A stretch of DNA of 64,000 nucleotides from Lama guanicoe (GCA_013239625.1 MU053758.1:2915854-2979853); one strand, 5' to 3'; positions 49,913 through 63,261 are shown, counted from the first letter of the stretch. Notes: generated from the sequence alone by a model not told the origin. Numbers and translations are program-made.

Positions 49913-50372
49913 ATAGTCAGGGTTCTCCAGAAAAACAGAACCAGCAGGGGAGACATATGAGGACTTATTATACGAATCGGCTCCCATAATCATGGAGGCG
50001 AAGTCCCCTGATTTGCCATCTAGAGAATTAGGAAAGCTGGGGGTGTAATTCAGAGTCGATGACCAGGGGAGTCACTGACGTAAATCTGAGTCCCAAGACG
50101 CGAGTGCCAAGAGCACAGATGTCTGAGGGCAGAAGATAGATGCCTCAGCTTAAAGCGAATTTGCCTTTCTTCCACCTTTCAGTTCTATTCAGATCCTCAG
50201 TGGATTAAATGATCCCACCTACCTTGGTGAGGGTGATCATCTTAACTCAGTCTGCTGAGTCAGATGCTAGTCTTGTTCCAGAGAAACGCTCACAGACACA
50301 CTCATAAACAATAATTTACGAGCATCCGGCCATTCCTTAGCCCAGTCAAGTTGACATGTATAATTAACCACC
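49913..50372 (-). mobile_element. MLT2-like (ERVL) solo LTR
   Basis: tagtcagggttctccagaaaaacagaacca ... cccagtcaagttgacatgtataattaacca, the characteristic termini. Confidence 0.8.
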
Positions 50373-50726
50373 AGTTTTCAATACAGCCTGCAGATGTCCT
50401 GCTCAGATGGGCAGTGGCGCAGCGCATGATTGAGAGAAACATCTGAGAGCAACTCCTGGAGTGGTCCCAGTTCAGCATCATATTAGAACTGGAACCCATA
50501 AATTACTTTTTTCATACATTACTTTTAGAACCAGAAAAATACTACTTTTATAGCCAGAAAAAAATTATAAAGTTATTTTCATTTTTAAAAAAAATGTTTT
50601 TCCTTTTTACTGTTTTTTGTAAACTATAGCAAAGTACAAAGAAAACAAATCACCCAAATGTCACTATCCAGAGAAAAGCAACTGACATTTTATAGCAACT
50701 TATAAGTCCTTTCAATGCATATCACA

Positions 50727-51055
50727 TTGGTTCTCAAACTTTAGTGTGCATCAAAATTAGTTAAAGCAAATGCTTTCAAGTCAGTAGTTCTGGGGGTGGG
50801 CCCGATAATTAGGATTTCCAACCACCTCTCCAGTCATGCTGCCACTGCCAGTCCAGGGACCACACAATGAGAAGCACTGCCATGTAATTTATACCTTTGC
50901 TATGTAAGTAGGGCCTCCAACCAGCAGCACTGACATCACTTGGGAGTTTGTTGGTAAGGCCAACTTCGGCCCCACTCCAGACTTACTGAATCAGAATCTG
51001 CAGTTTAACAAGATCCCTAAGGGATTTTTGTAAGCACGAGTTTGAGAAGCACTGG
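50727..51055. mobile_element. Two adjacent MER5-like hAT elements
   Basis: ggttctcaaactttagtgtgcatca...tgagaagcactg, and ccagacttactgaatcagaatctgcagtttaacaagatcc...agtttgagaagcactg. Confidence 0.7.
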
Positions 51056-51637
51056 TTTATCTTTGAGCCTCATACTGTCCAAAAGATAGCTTTTCCTCCC
51101 TCCCTACTTTATTTGGTATAATTTACATATAATGCAACACTTTGTAACAATTAAATGAGCTTTGGTAAGTTTTGAGAGTTTTATATCTCTTCCCTACCTC
51201 TCCTCAACAGAATGAGGGCTTTCCTGTGATATTAAATATCTTGGGAAAATATGACTTAATTGGCTGCATAATACATGGCAAGGATGTACCAGTTTGACCA
51301 ATTTTTCTATTTTCTAGCATATTTCTCTAGGACACCTGTGCTGTTCCCAGCTTTTCACCAGTGTAAATAATGCTTCAATGAACACTTTTGAACACAAATT
51401 TTTCGACTTCAGAATAATTTTCCAAAGTGGAATTACTGAGGAAAGGAATAATAGGCAACGGGCAGGCAAGAACAGATGTCAATTACTTTAGAAGAAAAAG
51501 TTAATGAATTAAAAACTTTTAACTTTTTTTATGTGTTTGGGTTTCAGGAAAAATGGAAAGAAATCACTTAAATTCCATTGCAGCAGGAACAGAGGAGTAA
51601 TGTATCTTAAACAAAATGGCTTAGTAAACTTTAATTG

Positions 51638-54600
51638 AACAAGGCAACAGAGAAATGAAATACTACAATAGAAAAACTAGATTTGGTGGATATTTTCAGA
51701 GCTTTACACCCCCCAAAAATAGAATATACATTCTTTTCAAGTGCACATGGAACATTTTCCAGGATCGATCATGTACTTGGACACAAAAGAAACCTCAACA
51801 AATTTAAGAAGATAGAAATTATCTCAAGCATCTTTACTGACCACAATGCCATGAAACTGGAAATCAACAACAGAGAAACAAAGGAGAAAAAAAGAAAAGC
51901 ATGGAGATTAAACAATATGTTATTGAAAAAACAATGGATCAATGAGGAAATCAAAGCTGAAATTAAAAAATACCTTGAGACAAATGATAATGAAAGCACA
52001 ACCACTCAAAACCTATGGGACACAGCAAAGGCAGTGCTAAGAGGGAAGTTTATAGCGATACAGGCCTTCCTCAAAAAAGAAGAACAATCTCAAATAAACA
52101 AGTTAACCCACCACCTGAATCAATTAGAAAAAGAAGAACAAAAAGCCCCAAAAAGCAGCAGAAGGAAGGAAATAATAAAGATCAGAGAGGAATTAAATAC
52201 AATAGAGATTAACAAGACCATAGAAAAAATCAACCAAACCAAAAGCTGGTTTTTTGAAAAAGTAAATAAAATCGACAAACCTCTGGCCAAACTCACAAAG
52301 AAGAAAAAAGAGAGAGCACAAATTAGCAAAATAAGAAAGGAAAATGGAGAAATTACAACAAACAAAATAGAAATACAGAATATCATACGAGAATATTATG
52401 AAAAACTATATGGAACCAAACTGGATAACCTAGAGGAGATGGACAAGTTTCTGGAAACATACTGTCCACCAAAACTGAATCAAGAAGAAACTGAACACTT
52501 GAACAATCCGATCACTAGAAAGGAAATAGAAATAGCAATTAAAAACCTCCCTACAAATAAAAGTCCAGGACCGGATGGCTTCACCGGGGAATTCTACCAA
52601 ACATACAAAGAAGAACTCATACCAGTCCTTCTCAAACTCTTCCAGACGATTGAAAAGGAGGGAATACTCCCAAACTCATTCTATGAAGCCACCATCACCC
52701 TGATACCAAAACCAGGCAAAGACACTACAAAAAAAGAGAATTATAGGCCAATATCACTGATGAACATAGACGCCAAAATCCTCACCAAAATTTTAGCAAA
52801 TAGAATCCAACAACACATAAAAAAGATTATACATCATGACCAAGTGGGGTTCATCCCAGGGACACAAGGCTGGTTCAACATACGCAAATCAATCAATGTA
52901 ATACATCACATCAACAAGAGAAAGGACAAAAACCACATGATCATCTCAATCGATGCAGAAAAAGCATTTGATAAAATTCAACACCCATTTATGATAAAAA
53001 CTCTCGCCAAAGTGGGTATAGAGGGAACATATCTCAACATAATAAAAGCTATATATGACAAACCTATAGCCAGCATAGTTCTCAACGGTGAAAAACTCAA
53101 AAGCTTCCCACTAAAATCTGGGACAAGACAAGGATGCCCACTATCACCACTCCTATTCAATATAGTCCTGGAAGTCCTAGCCACAGCAATCAGGCAAGAG
53201 AAAGAAATAAAAGGGATCCAAATTGGAAAAGAAGAGGTAAAAGTGTCATTATATGCTGACGACATGTTACTATATATAGAAAACCCTAAAAGGTCCACAA
53301 AAAAGCTACTAGAGCTGATCGAAGAATTCAGCAAGGTAGCAGGTTACAAAATTAATGTTCAAAAATCAGTTGCCTTTCTTTACACTAACGATAAATCAAC
53401 AGAAAAAGAAAGTAAAGAAACAATCCCCTTTAAAATAGCACCCAAAGTAATAAAATATCTGGGAATAAATCTAACCAAGGAGGTGAAAGAATTATACACA
53501 GAAAACTATAAACCATTGATGAAGGAAATTAAAGAAGACTTTAAAAAATGGAAAGATATTCCATGCTCTTGGATTGGAAGAATCAATATTGTTAAAATGG
53601 TCACACTGCCCAAGGCAATCTACAGATTTAATGCAATCCCTATCCAATTACCCAGGACATATTTCACAGAACTAGAACAAATCATAATAAAATTTATATG
53701 GAACCATCAAAGACCTAGAATTGCTAAAGCATTACTGAAGAGAAAGAAAGAGGCTGGAGGAATAACTCTCCCAGACTTCAGACAATACTATAGAGCTACA
53801 GTCATCAAGACAGCATGGTATTGGTACCAAAACAGACATATAGACCAATGGAACAGAATAGAGAGCCCAGAAATGAACCCACAAACTTTTGGTCAACTCA
53901 TCTTCGACAAAGGAGGCAAGAATATACAATGGAATAAAGACAGTCTCTTCAGCAAATGGTGTTGGGAAAACTGGACAGCAGCATGTAAAACAATGAAGCT
54001 AGAACACACCCTTACACCATATACAAAAATCAACTCAAAATGGATTAAAGACTTAAACATAAGACAAGATACAATAAACCTCCTAGAGGAAAACATAGGC
54101 AAAACATTATCTGACATACATTTCAAAAATTTTCTCCTAGAAGAAATAAAAGCAAGAATAAACAAATGGGACCTAATGAAACTTACAAGCTTCTGCAGAG
54201 CAAAGGAAACCAGAAATAAAACAAGAAGAAAACCTACGGAATGGGAGAAAATTTTTGCAAGTGAAACCGACAAAGGCTTGATCTCCAAAATATATAAGCA
54301 GCTCATACGACTCAATAAGAAAAAAATAAACAACCCAATCCAAAAATGGGCAGAAGACCTAAACAAGCAATTCTCCAAGGAAGACATACAAATGATCAAA
54401 AAGCACATGAAAAAATGTTCAATATCACTAATTATCAGAGAAATGCAAATCAAAACTACAATGAGGTATCACCTCACACCAGTCAGAATGGCCGTCATTC
54501 AAAAATCCAAAAATGACAAATGCTGGAGAGGCTGTGGAGAAAGGGGAACCCTCCTACACTGCTGGTGGGAATGCAGTTTGGTGCAGCCACTATGGAAAAC

Positions 54601-55281
54601 AGTGTGGAGATTCCTCAAAAGACTAGGAATAGACTTACCATATGACCCAGGAATCCCACTCCTGGGCTTGTACCCAGAAGGAAATCTACTTCAGGATGAC
54701 ACCTGCACCCCAATGTTCATAGCAGCACTATTTACAATAGCCAAAACATGGAAACAACCTAAATGTCCATCAACAGGTGACTGGATAAAGAAGATGTGGT
54801 ATATTTATACAATGGAATACTACTCAGCCATAAAAACCGACAACATAATGCCATTTGCAGCAACATGGATGATCCTAGAGAATGTCATTCTAAGTGAAGT
54901 AAGCCAGAAAGAGAAAGAAAAATACCATATGAGATCGCTCATATGTGGAATCTAAAAAACAAAAACAAACAAACAAACAAAAACAAAGCATAAATACAGG
55001 ACAGAAATAGACTCATGGACAGAGAATACAGACTTATGGTTACCGGGCAGGGGGGTAGAGGGTGGGAAGGGATAGACTGGGATTTCAAAATTGTAGAACA
55101 GATAAACAAGATTACACTGTATAGCACAGGGAAATATACACAAAATGTTATGATAAATCACAGAGAAAAAAATGTGACAATGAGTGTGTATATGTCCATG
55201 TATGACTGAAAAATTGGGCTGAACACTGGAATTTGACACAACACTGTAAAATGATTATGAATCAATAAAAACGTAAAAAAA
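51638..55281 (+). mobile_element. Young 5'-truncated LINE-1 with poly(A) tail and TSDs
   Basis: TSD AAACTTTAATTG at 51626-51637 and 55282-55293; AATAAA and A-tail at about 55264-55284; ORF2 homology from the first base. Confidence 0.97.
51683..54955 (+). CDS. L1 ORF2p fragment (C-terminal part of EN, full RT, CCHC domain), N-truncated with no native start
   Basis: SRIDH and TDHNA (APE endonuclease), [18 protein letters not shown] (RT), [18 protein letters not shown]. Confidence 0.9.
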   Translation: MVDIFRALHPPKIEYTFFSSAHGTFSRIDHVLGHKRNLNKFKKIEIISSIFTDHNAMKLEINNRETKEKKRKAWRLNNMLLKKQWINEEIKAEIKKYLETNDNESTTTQNLWDTAKAVLRGKFIAIQAFLKKEEQSQINKLTHHLNQLEKEEQKAPKSSRRKEIIKIREELNTIEINKTIEKINQTKSWFFEKVNKIDKPLAKLTKKKKERAQISKIRKENGEITTNKIEIQNIIREYYEKLYGTKLDNLEEMDKFLETYCPPKLNQEETEHLNNPITRKEIEIAIKNLPTNKSPGPDGFTGEFYQTYKEELIPVLLKLFQTIEKEGILPNSFYEATITLIPKPGKDTTKKENYRPISLMNIDAKILTKILANRIQQHIKKIIHHDQVGFIPGTQGWFNIRKSINVIHHINKRKDKNHMIISIDAEKAFDKIQHPFMIKTLAKVGIEGTYLNIIKAIYDKPIASIVLNGEKLKSFPLKSGTRQGCPLSPLLFNIVLEVLATAIRQEKEIKGIQIGKEEVKVSLYADDMLLYIENPKRSTKKLLELIEEFSKVAGYKINVQKSVAFLYTNDKSTEKESKETIPFKIAPKVIKYLGINLTKEVKELYTENYKPLMKEIKEDFKKWKDIPCSWIGRINIVKMVTLPKAIYRFNAIPIQLPRTYFTELEQIIIKFIWNHQRPRIAKALLKRKKEAGGITLPDFRQYYRATVIKTAWYWYQNRHIDQWNRIESPEMNPQTFGQLIFDKGGKNIQWNKDSLFSKWCWENWTAACKTMKLEHTLTPYTKINSKWIKDLNIRQDTINLLEENIGKTLSDIHFKNFLLEEIKARINKWDLMKLTSFCRAKETRNKTRRKPTEWEKIFASETDKGLISKIYKQLIRLNKKKINNPIQKWAEDLNKQFSKEDIQMIKKHMKKCSISLIIREMQIKTTMRYHLTPVRMAVIQKSKNDKCWRGCGERGTLLHCWWECSLVQPLWKTVWRFLKRLGIDLPYDPGIPLLGLYPEGNLLQDDTCTPMFIAALFTIAKTWKQPKCPSTGDWIKKMWYIYTMEYYSAIKTDNIMPFAATWMILENVILSEVSQKEKEKYHMRSLICGI

Positions 55282-56763
55282 AAACTTTAATTGTATCATT
55301 TATCAACTAAATACAATTTTTGAATCCCTTATGTTTTCAGTTACCATTCTTTTGTTATTTATAATTGATGTAATATGTATCCATCTAAGCAATGTTTCAT
55401 ATGTGTGGGAAATAACTACATTCTCTAAAGGATCTAAATGTGTATTACCACCTAATTTATTAGCACTTAGAATTTTGATCTCTTAGAACATCAGTGGTGA
55501 AGGGTCAAGGACTGTATTCGTCTGGAGTCTTTTTTAAAAAAGTTACAGCATTACTGATCAGGAGCAAACTTACTAGTTTTAAAAATTTCTGATTTTTTTT
55601 GTTTCCAAAGGCTTATATGCTTTTCTCCCACTATTTATTTTGTGAACAAATGCTACTTCATACTTACCAGACAGGGATTCATCTTTGATTTGTAACCTGC
55701 TTTCTTTACTCAGCAATGTCCTAAATATCTTTCCATGTCAAATACATGTGATCATTCTTAATGAGCACCTGATATTCCTCATTGTACCAGAATCTGTTTA
55801 TAAACTGTTTTACTAGTTATCTCTTGTTAGATATTAGGTTATTTTCAATACTTTCTGTACTATTACAGAAACTTTAATAGGCACCTTTGTATGCGTGTTT
55901 TTTTGAGATAATTGTAGATTTATATGTGGTTGTTAGAAATAACAGAGAGCCCTTGTACAGTGCCTACTTTCCCCCAATGGTAGCATTTTGCAAAATTATG
56001 TTGTAAGCAGGATACTGATTTTTCTTGTGTCACGTGAACTCAAATTTGTATGTGTTTACATAGCTTTTCGCACATGTCCAAATCTTCTCTTGAACTAAAA
56101 ATTTTTTAAACTAAATTTCTTGAAGTGAGAATTGCGGGGACCAAGAGCTTGACCTTTTTGTCAAGGTTCTGATCAAAGGGCTCATTCTTCCATGCCTCTG
56201 TCAACACTGCCACTGCGGATATGTTTAGTACAGTCCTCCATAACTCAAAACTGCTTTTCTTCTACTTTCAAAGTTTTGTTTTTGACATTTAAATTGTCTG
56301 TTTGAACTTAAACTTTTGTGTTAGAAAAAATTCCAACCCCTTCTTCACATCTTATTTTTTTCTAAATGACTAGCCAGTTGCCAGCATAATTTACTGATGA
56401 AGTACTTGACCAGGTTATCAAAAATGTGAAGTAGGGAATCATTAAAAAAGAGATGTTTAAAAAAAAAAAGAAATGTTTATATTTAAAAACTATTTACTGA
56501 TGTATGGCCATACATAGATGTATTTACTGTGTGGAAGAGGTGAATTTAGTACCCATGTTTAAAAGCCCAGAAGAAAACCTAGTTGCCCCCAGTTAGGATA
56601 TGGTGCCTCTCTCTCAGATCTATCACCAGGGCCAGGAGCCGTCAGGCACATCACAAAATGATCAGAACAGTTCTCACAAAACTATTTTACAGTGAATAGA
56701 GAAGAGGGATATATATTTTAGAGTAAGAAAAAGGTCAATCATGAGTTGCAATGTTTACAACAT

Positions 56764-56769
56764 TTTATT
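56764..56769 (-). terminator. TOP2A polyadenylation signal (AATAAA on - strand)
   Basis: + strand TTTATT about 735 nt downstream of the stop; AU-rich UTR with a U-rich region further downstream. Confidence 0.75.
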
Positions 56770-57501
56770 AAAGTACAAAACTGTTGGAATTAAGCTAAAT
56801 AGAAAAACATAGTAAATATTTACAAAAACATTGATAACGCCATTCAAATCACACACATGTAACAAATGAAGGAAGAGCTTAAAAAGCTTTCAAGTTGAAA
56901 ATTATATGAGATTAAACAGCTTACTGCTGATTATGGCATCCATATAATACATAAGATCTTTGAACGTTGTCCCCCACTCTTCTGCAATCTGGTGCCCCCC
57001 AAAATTTGTTCTTTGGGAGATTCAGAGGCAGCCAGAGGGGACAAGTCAAGAGTTGAAGATAATCACAATTTACAGTCTAATTTTTTTCATTCTTTTTTGA
57101 CTGTGTTGAAGTTATACAGACACAGCCAGGGTGTTTTTCTTCAGCATCTGCTAATATTCAGAAGAATATGAACAATTTTTCACTGCTTAAACAAAAATTC
57201 AGCACATAAAAGGCTGAGTGAGAAATATTTGGTACTGGAACTATAAAGTTTTAGCTGATGGAAATTACCTATAAAACTAATATAAAATGGAATTAATCAT
57301 GTTTATCTCATTTACTGAAAGGCAGAGTAGACACTTTTAAGGGACACTTACTTGGGTTCTACATACTTCATCTTGATGGTTCTGAATTAAAACTACCTTC
57401 CCCAAACTAAATTCAGGGGGGAGGAAATTAAGAGATTCAGGTAACTTTAAAACCAGTCTTGGGCTCAATAAGACCATTTCTTAAAATAATCACCTCACAT
57501 T

Positions 57502-57630
57502 TTAAAACAGGTCATCTTCATCTGATTCTTCGAGGTACTTTATAGGTTTCTTTGTCCTTCCAGATTTTGCCCGAGAAGCCACAGCTGAGTCTAAGTCCAC
57601 ATGGAACTCATCGCTCTCCTCCTTGGATTT
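57502..57630 (-). CDS. TOP2A: TOP2A last coding exon (chromatin-tether tail)
   Basis: tttag|KSKEESDEFHVDLDSAVASRAKSGRTKKPIKYLEESDEDDLF*; hallmark TOP2A C-terminus. Confidence 0.97.
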   Translation of the reverse strand, partial: KSKEESDEFHVDLDSAVASRAKSGRTKKPIKYLEESDEDDLF

Positions 57631-57701
57631 CTAAAGAAGAAAAGCCCATAATTTGCACAGTATCAACCAGACAGCAGAATTTCAATGCAAAAAATATATC
57701 A

Positions 57702-57850
57702 AGAGAGAGGGAGCTCATGCTTAGCATGCCTGAGGTCCTAGGTTCAATTTCTAGTACCTCCACTGAAAAAAAAAAATTAAAAAATAAAGAAACCTAATTA
57801 CCCACCATCCCCCCAAAAAGACTCAACACACTGTACACACAAAAACAAAC
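57702..57850 (+). mobile_element. tRNA-derived SINE in the last TOP2A intron (antisense to TOP2A)
   Basis: catgcttagcatgcctgaggtcctaggttcaatttctagtacctcc plus A-rich tail with aaacctaattacc. Confidence 0.8.
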
Positions 57851-58104
57851 AAAAAATATGTATCAGTAGACTATAACTCAAGGAGTTTTTCACCTTTCTA
57901 ATAAGTAGTAAGAAATAAGACCTAGGGCAACTCACTCATTGACTAGTGGTATATTTAATTTTTTTACAACTAAACTACATAGAATAAAAGGCTAATGGAG
58001 TCTGGGATTTAAACTTATTTTCTTAAAAATGTGCCAAATTAACAGCAAAGCTTGGTTATGAGTTTCAAAACAACCACAGCAAAAGGACAGAGTAGGATAA
58101 ATAC

Positions 58105-58304
58105 CTTGCTTGTGACTGCTTTAGAAATCATTTTCTCAAAATTAGAATCAGAATCATCAGAAGTGGAAGGCTTCCTTTTGCGGCGACCTTTGGTTTTGGG
58201 GGGATTAGGCTTTTTAGAGACATCAGAATCCATGTCTGGATCTTTTTTGGTTCCTTTAGGTGCAGCCCTTTTTTTGGCACCTGTAGTGGAGGTGGAAGAC
58301 TGAC
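58105..58304 (-). CDS. TOP2A: TOP2A exon (about 34; NLS region)
   Basis: tgcag|(S)QSSTSTTGAKKRAAPKGTKKDPDMDSDVSKKPNPPKTKGRRKRKPSTSDDSDSNFEKMISKAVTSK|gtattt; 200 nt. Confidence 0.95.
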
Positions 58305-58762
58305 CTGCAAGTCAACACAGGCATTCATCATGGCCACTCTTAGACGAATTGCTCGCACAGTGCTGCTTTCTTTAGCAACCTGTTGACTGTTTATATTTAA
58401 CATAGGAAAAGACAGGCTAGGAAAAGACAAACTAAGAGATGAAAATACATTAGAGAATCAAAGTATTCTTAAGCATCCAATTTTCTGTACGTATATATAT
58501 ACCTTATGTTAAACATCTGTAACTGTAAGTCCTATCCCCGCCATAGAAATGAACCAAGATAACACTTGACATTTTGAGAAACATGCTGATTTTTAAACCT
58601 TTTGACCAGCAACTTTCATTATAAAGATCTAAAGATTTGTTTCATTTGAAAAGGCTTAATATTATTATCAATAGTAAATTTGGGGAATAAAAAATTGAAA
58701 CTGGCTTGCGGCAGCCAGTCAGTTAATCCCAATATTAACCCATCTCATAGATTTAGGCTCAC

Positions 58763-58903
58763 TTTTTGCTGCCGTCTTCTTCACTGTCACATTCTTTTTA
58801 GAAACGGGGTTTATAGTTTCAGTTACAGCTGGGAAATCAGCAGCAGGAGAGCTTGGAGAAGGTGCTACATTATCCTCGGCATCATCAGCATCAAAGTCCA
58901 TTA
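58763..58903 (-). CDS. TOP2A: TOP2A exon (about 33)
   Basis: catgaag|(V)MDFDADDAEDNVAPSPSSPAADFPAVTETINPVSKKNVTVKKTAAK A|gtgagc; 141 nt. The acceptor is inferred as the only in-frame AG near the exon start. Confidence 0.85.
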
Positions 58904-59309
58904 CTTCATGTGGAAAGGAAAATAGTACATACAAGCAGTATGTGAAAATTTGTTTACTGCTTTTGTCCCTGCTCTGAGTTCCTATTAAAACACCAAGGCT
59001 GTGACTTTTCTGGAATATTTAGGCACACTTTCATATTTGTTCTAATTTCTGGATTCTCCATCAGCAAAAACACTTTTTTTTAATCTTTAGTGTAGTATCT
59101 GGCAAGCACACCATTACTTCAAGTATATTAAATACAGAACCTATCTGTCTACAAAACTAAACCTAAAGAACAACATCAAGGTAATGCTACCAAGACCCCA
59201 CATTTGTTTTCAAAGGCAGGACTTGGAGAATGTAGTCCAGATGAGAAGCCATGTGGACCTAACTGCTCCAGTAAAGCAGATGTCTCACTGTTTTTACTTA
59301 TATACATAC

Positions 59310-59353
59310 CTGACTTGGCACTTCTCTGTGGCTTGAGTTCTTTGTTAGTATGT
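59310..59353 (-). CDS. TOP2A: TOP2A exon (about 32)
   Basis: tttag|(K)HTNKELKPQRSAKS G|gtatgt; 44 nt, phases fit both neighbours. Confidence 0.92.
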
Positions 59354-59461
59354 CTAAAATAAAAAAATAACATCTTGACAACCAATTCTAAATATGTCAA
59401 ACAACAAAGAATATATCACCAACTATTAAAAACAATCACGATAAAGTAAGAGGATACTTAC

Positions 59462-59585
59462 TTTGGGGAAGTTTTGGTCTTAAGTGAACTAGCATCTGAT
59501 GGGACAAAATCTTCATCTTGAGTTTTTTCATCAAAATCTGAGCCATCTTCATCTGAATCCAAATCCACTGTGAATTTGGTTTTTG
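59462..59585 (-). CDS. TOP2A: TOP2A exon (about 31)
   Basis: aatag|(A)KTKFTVDLDSDEDGSDFDEKTQDEDFVPSDASSLKTKTSP(K)|gtaagt; 124 nt. Confidence 0.95.
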
Positions 59586-59838
59586 CTATTAAAGAAATAT
59601 ATACAGAGAAATATACAAAGAATCAAAGAGGATAACAGAAATATTTAATTTACAGATTAATACAATATTTTGTGAAGATTTAATCTTCAGTTTAATCTTC
59701 TAAAAGATATTTTAGTTTCTTAAAAATTTAATATAATTACTGCTCCAAGATATAACAACTTCTGGGATTAAGTGCCCTGAAATACAGCGAGCCTTCAAAT
59801 CTTTCAGCACCTGTAGCGTGTTCTTTAGCTTTCCTTAC

Positions 59839-59991
59839 CTGCTGCTCTCCGTGGCTCTTTTTCTCGTGGAGGGACATCAAAGTTACTTTCATTACTGCTC
59901 ATATCTGATTCTGAATCAGACCAAGGGTTTCTCTTCTTTGCTTTCTTGACTGGTTTAAATGGCAATGTAGTTTGTTTCTTTGTCTTGGTAC
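59839..59991 (-). CDS. TOP2A: TOP2A exon (about 30)
   Basis: ttcag|(G)TKTKKQTTLPFKPVKKAKKRNPWSDSESDMSSNESNFDVPPREKEPRRAA|gtaagg; 153 nt. Confidence 0.95.
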
Positions 59992-61444
59992 CTGAAAGGG
60001 AGATAGGAATCAACCCACATTTACGTATTCTTAGACTCACTTTTCTCCAGCTATCATCCATTCATTCAAATATTTATTGAGCTCTGTGCTAGTACTGGGA
60101 ATACAGTGGTGCACAGAAATGAGCATAGTCCCTCTTCCTATGGAGCCTAGAGGTTGGTCATCTAATCCCATAAATAAATATAGTGTGTTTTCACAGGATA
60201 TGCAGTATGTATGTATATGTTTATAAGTAAGAGGCTTTTCCAAGAAAGAGATGCTTGAGCTGAGATCTGAAGGTTAAGTAAAGAGTTAAGTAGTTGAAGG
60301 GAGGTGGATGATGAAAACATTCCAGTTCAGGAAATAACATGTACAAAGTCCTGTGAGAAAACATAGTGCATTTAGGAAACTGAGAGAAATCCATTACAGC
60401 TGAAAAACAGAAGTCAGAGAAGAGTAGCTGGTCTTGTTAAGGATTTTGCTTAACAGGGAAACAGTATGGTCAGATTTGCATTTTAAAGAGTTCTCTCAAG
60501 CTGCAGTGTGGAGATGAGAAAGGCACAAGAATAGATGCAAGATCAATAAGGTTCATTGCTGAAGTCAAGGCAAGGGAGACAATTCAAAAGGAAAAGAATG
60601 GAAAAAATGGCTAGGGGCATTTAACGGCTGAGTAAGGAAGTTTAAAGTCACTAAGTAGTGTCAATTCTTTTCCCCAAGGGTCTCTCATACACATCCTTTG
60701 CTATTTATTTCCCTCATCTCATGCCATGAAGTTAAGAAGGGCAATCTCCTTGTTGGTCTGACATTGTCCTTCCTTCATATCCTTGTGAGTATACCTATCT
60801 ATTTCATTATTTCCGTATAGAATCTAATCTTATCCATCTGCCTCCAACAACCAGGTTTTCTAGCTCTCCATAATCTGGTTTAACTATTTTCTACTATTTT
60901 CCAATGTAAACTCCCCCCGTCAAGGGGGCCTTCTCACTGCCCCATGCATATTATGCCTATTTTCCTTCTCCCAGTCTAGAATACCTAAATCTGACCCCAT
61001 CTTCGAGACTCTAACCCAAGTTTTACCTCTTTCACAAAGCCTCTATAATCCACATGTACCCACACTCATCTCATCTTTTTCTAAAACATTATAATGACTA
61101 GTATGTACTTCTTTACCATTCTTTCTTGATAAACCTCTTGAACGTAAATGCCATGCTCTCCCACTTTTTTTGTCCTCACAATATATGAGATAGTGATGGG
61201 ACTATGAATGCTCAAAATACTTACTTGATTGATTGATTTTATATGCTAAATGATTGCTAGCTAAATTTAAAGTTAAACGTGTGTGGGATTATAAGGTCAC
61301 TTTCTTGCACATGGCATAAACAGCATACTTTTATTACTGCTTTTTAATACTAAGATGTTGCCATTTGTTTTATTCATCTTTGTATTCCCCACAGAACTAA
61401 GCACTCATTATCTATCAAAAGCAGATAGAATCTATAAATAAACC

Positions 61445-62412
61445 TTAATATTTATGGGCAATGGATTTTTGGCAAGGGTGAAGACAATTCAATGGGGGAA
61501 GAAGTTTTTCCAATACATGGTGCTGGAACAATTGGATATCTACATGCAAAAGAATTAAGTTGGACTTCTTCCTTATGCCATATACAAAATTAATTCAAAA
61601 TTACCTAAATGTAAGAATTAAAACTCTTAGAAGAAAATATAGGGATAAATCTTCATAACTTTGGATTTGGATAAAAGATCAGATATGACATGAAAAATAT
61701 GAGCAACAAAAAGGGAAAAAAAGACAAATTAGACTTCATCAAAATTAAAAACTTGTGCTTCAAAGGACAGCATCAAGAAAATGAAAAGGAAAAGAAACTA
61801 ACCAAAGAAACTTAAAAAAAAATTAGTACACAGACTGGCAGAAAATATTTGAGAATCGTATATCTGATAAGGGATTGGCATCTAGAATACATATAGAACT
61901 CTTACAAGTAACTGAACAATAAGAAGACTAATAACTCAATTAAAAAATGGGCAAAGGATCTGAACAGACATTTCTCCAATGAAATATAAAAGCCCCAAAG
62001 TGGAAACAACCTAAATACCTATCAGTTGATGAATAAATAGAATGTGGTATATTCATACGATGAAATACTATTTGGCAACAAAAAAGAATGAAGTATTGAT
62101 ACATGCTACTACATGGATGACCCTTGAAAACGCTGTGTTAAATATGAAAAAAGCCAGCCACCAAAGTCCACACCTTAGGATTTCATTCATATGAAATGTC
62201 TAGAATAGGTGAATTTAGAGACAGAAAGTAGATAGTGGTTGCCTAGAGGGAGAGGGAGCTGGGAGGAAATGGAGAGTTGACCATTAAAAGGTACAGTGTT
62301 TCTTTCCATGGCCAGAAATTGTTCTAAAACTATGCGTATACCAAAACCAATGAATGGTACACTTTACATGGGTGAATTTGGTATGTGAATGTCTCAATGA
62401 AGTTAAAAAAAA
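61445..62412 (+). mobile_element. Old L1 fragment in a TOP2A intron
   Basis: tggtgctggaacaattggatatc; aaaatgggcaaaggatctgaacagacatttctcca; decayed ORF2 end and 3'UTR. Confidence 0.85.
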
Positions 62413-62855
62413 GTAGATACTCAGTAAAGGCATAATCAAATGGTTAACACAATTGCTACTTCTATTTAATTTACTGAGTGACTGTTAAATATATCCCAGG
62501 TATGGTGTTGAACTCTAGGGGTAATACAAACATGACTAAGATGTGGTCACTGTCCTCAAGAAACTTTATATATGAATATATTATATATTAGAACCTTATA
62601 ACTATCTAGTAAGTGATATCTAATAAACTGAGCATTTTCTTTAGATCCCAACAGGAAGTATTTCATTACAAAATAATCTCTTCTGAAATAAATCAAATCC
62701 CAAGGACATTATTAGGGAGGCTCAAGTATACTTCAGACATAGCTCTTATTCATGTTACTCAGTAAGAACTTACTGAACATCTATGTGGAATGTACTAGCT
62801 AACAAACATAAGTTAATCTCAACTCTATACCATTTTCCTTATAATGTTTTAATAC

Positions 62856-62946
62856 CTGGTTCTCTTTTCTGTTTCTTCTCCAATCTCTGTTTTAGGCTTT
62901 CTACTTCCATCCCATCCTCTTGAGGGTTTCCTTCAGTATTTTCATT
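62856..62946 (-). CDS. TOP2A: TOP2A exon (about 29)
   Basis: tttag|NENTEGNPQEDGMEVESLKQRLEKKQKREP(G)|gtatt; 91 nt. Confidence 0.95.
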
Positions 62947-63261
62947 CTAAAAGACAGCAAGACAAAAATGGTCACATTCTGCCAACTTATTATTTGAAAT
63001 AATACAAGGTCAAATATACAAATATTTATCTGGTTAGTGATTTTTTTTCTTCTTTGTGTTTTGGTTAGGAGCTCTGAATAAAGGTACAGGCATGACTTTT
63101 TCAAGATACTTAAACATTAAAAAAAATCAGCCTCATAAGAATGGAATGTTATGATTAGTTGGTAAATTCCAAACTATAGGATTGGAAATTTTGTAATCTG
63201 TTCAATTTTAAGTGGGAAAATGCTTAAAGTATTTTATGTATAACATTTTCAAGAGCATTAC

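Noticed and set aside
51769..55239. Hydrophobic - strand ORFs within the L1
   Set aside because: Antisense reading of A-rich L1 sequence.
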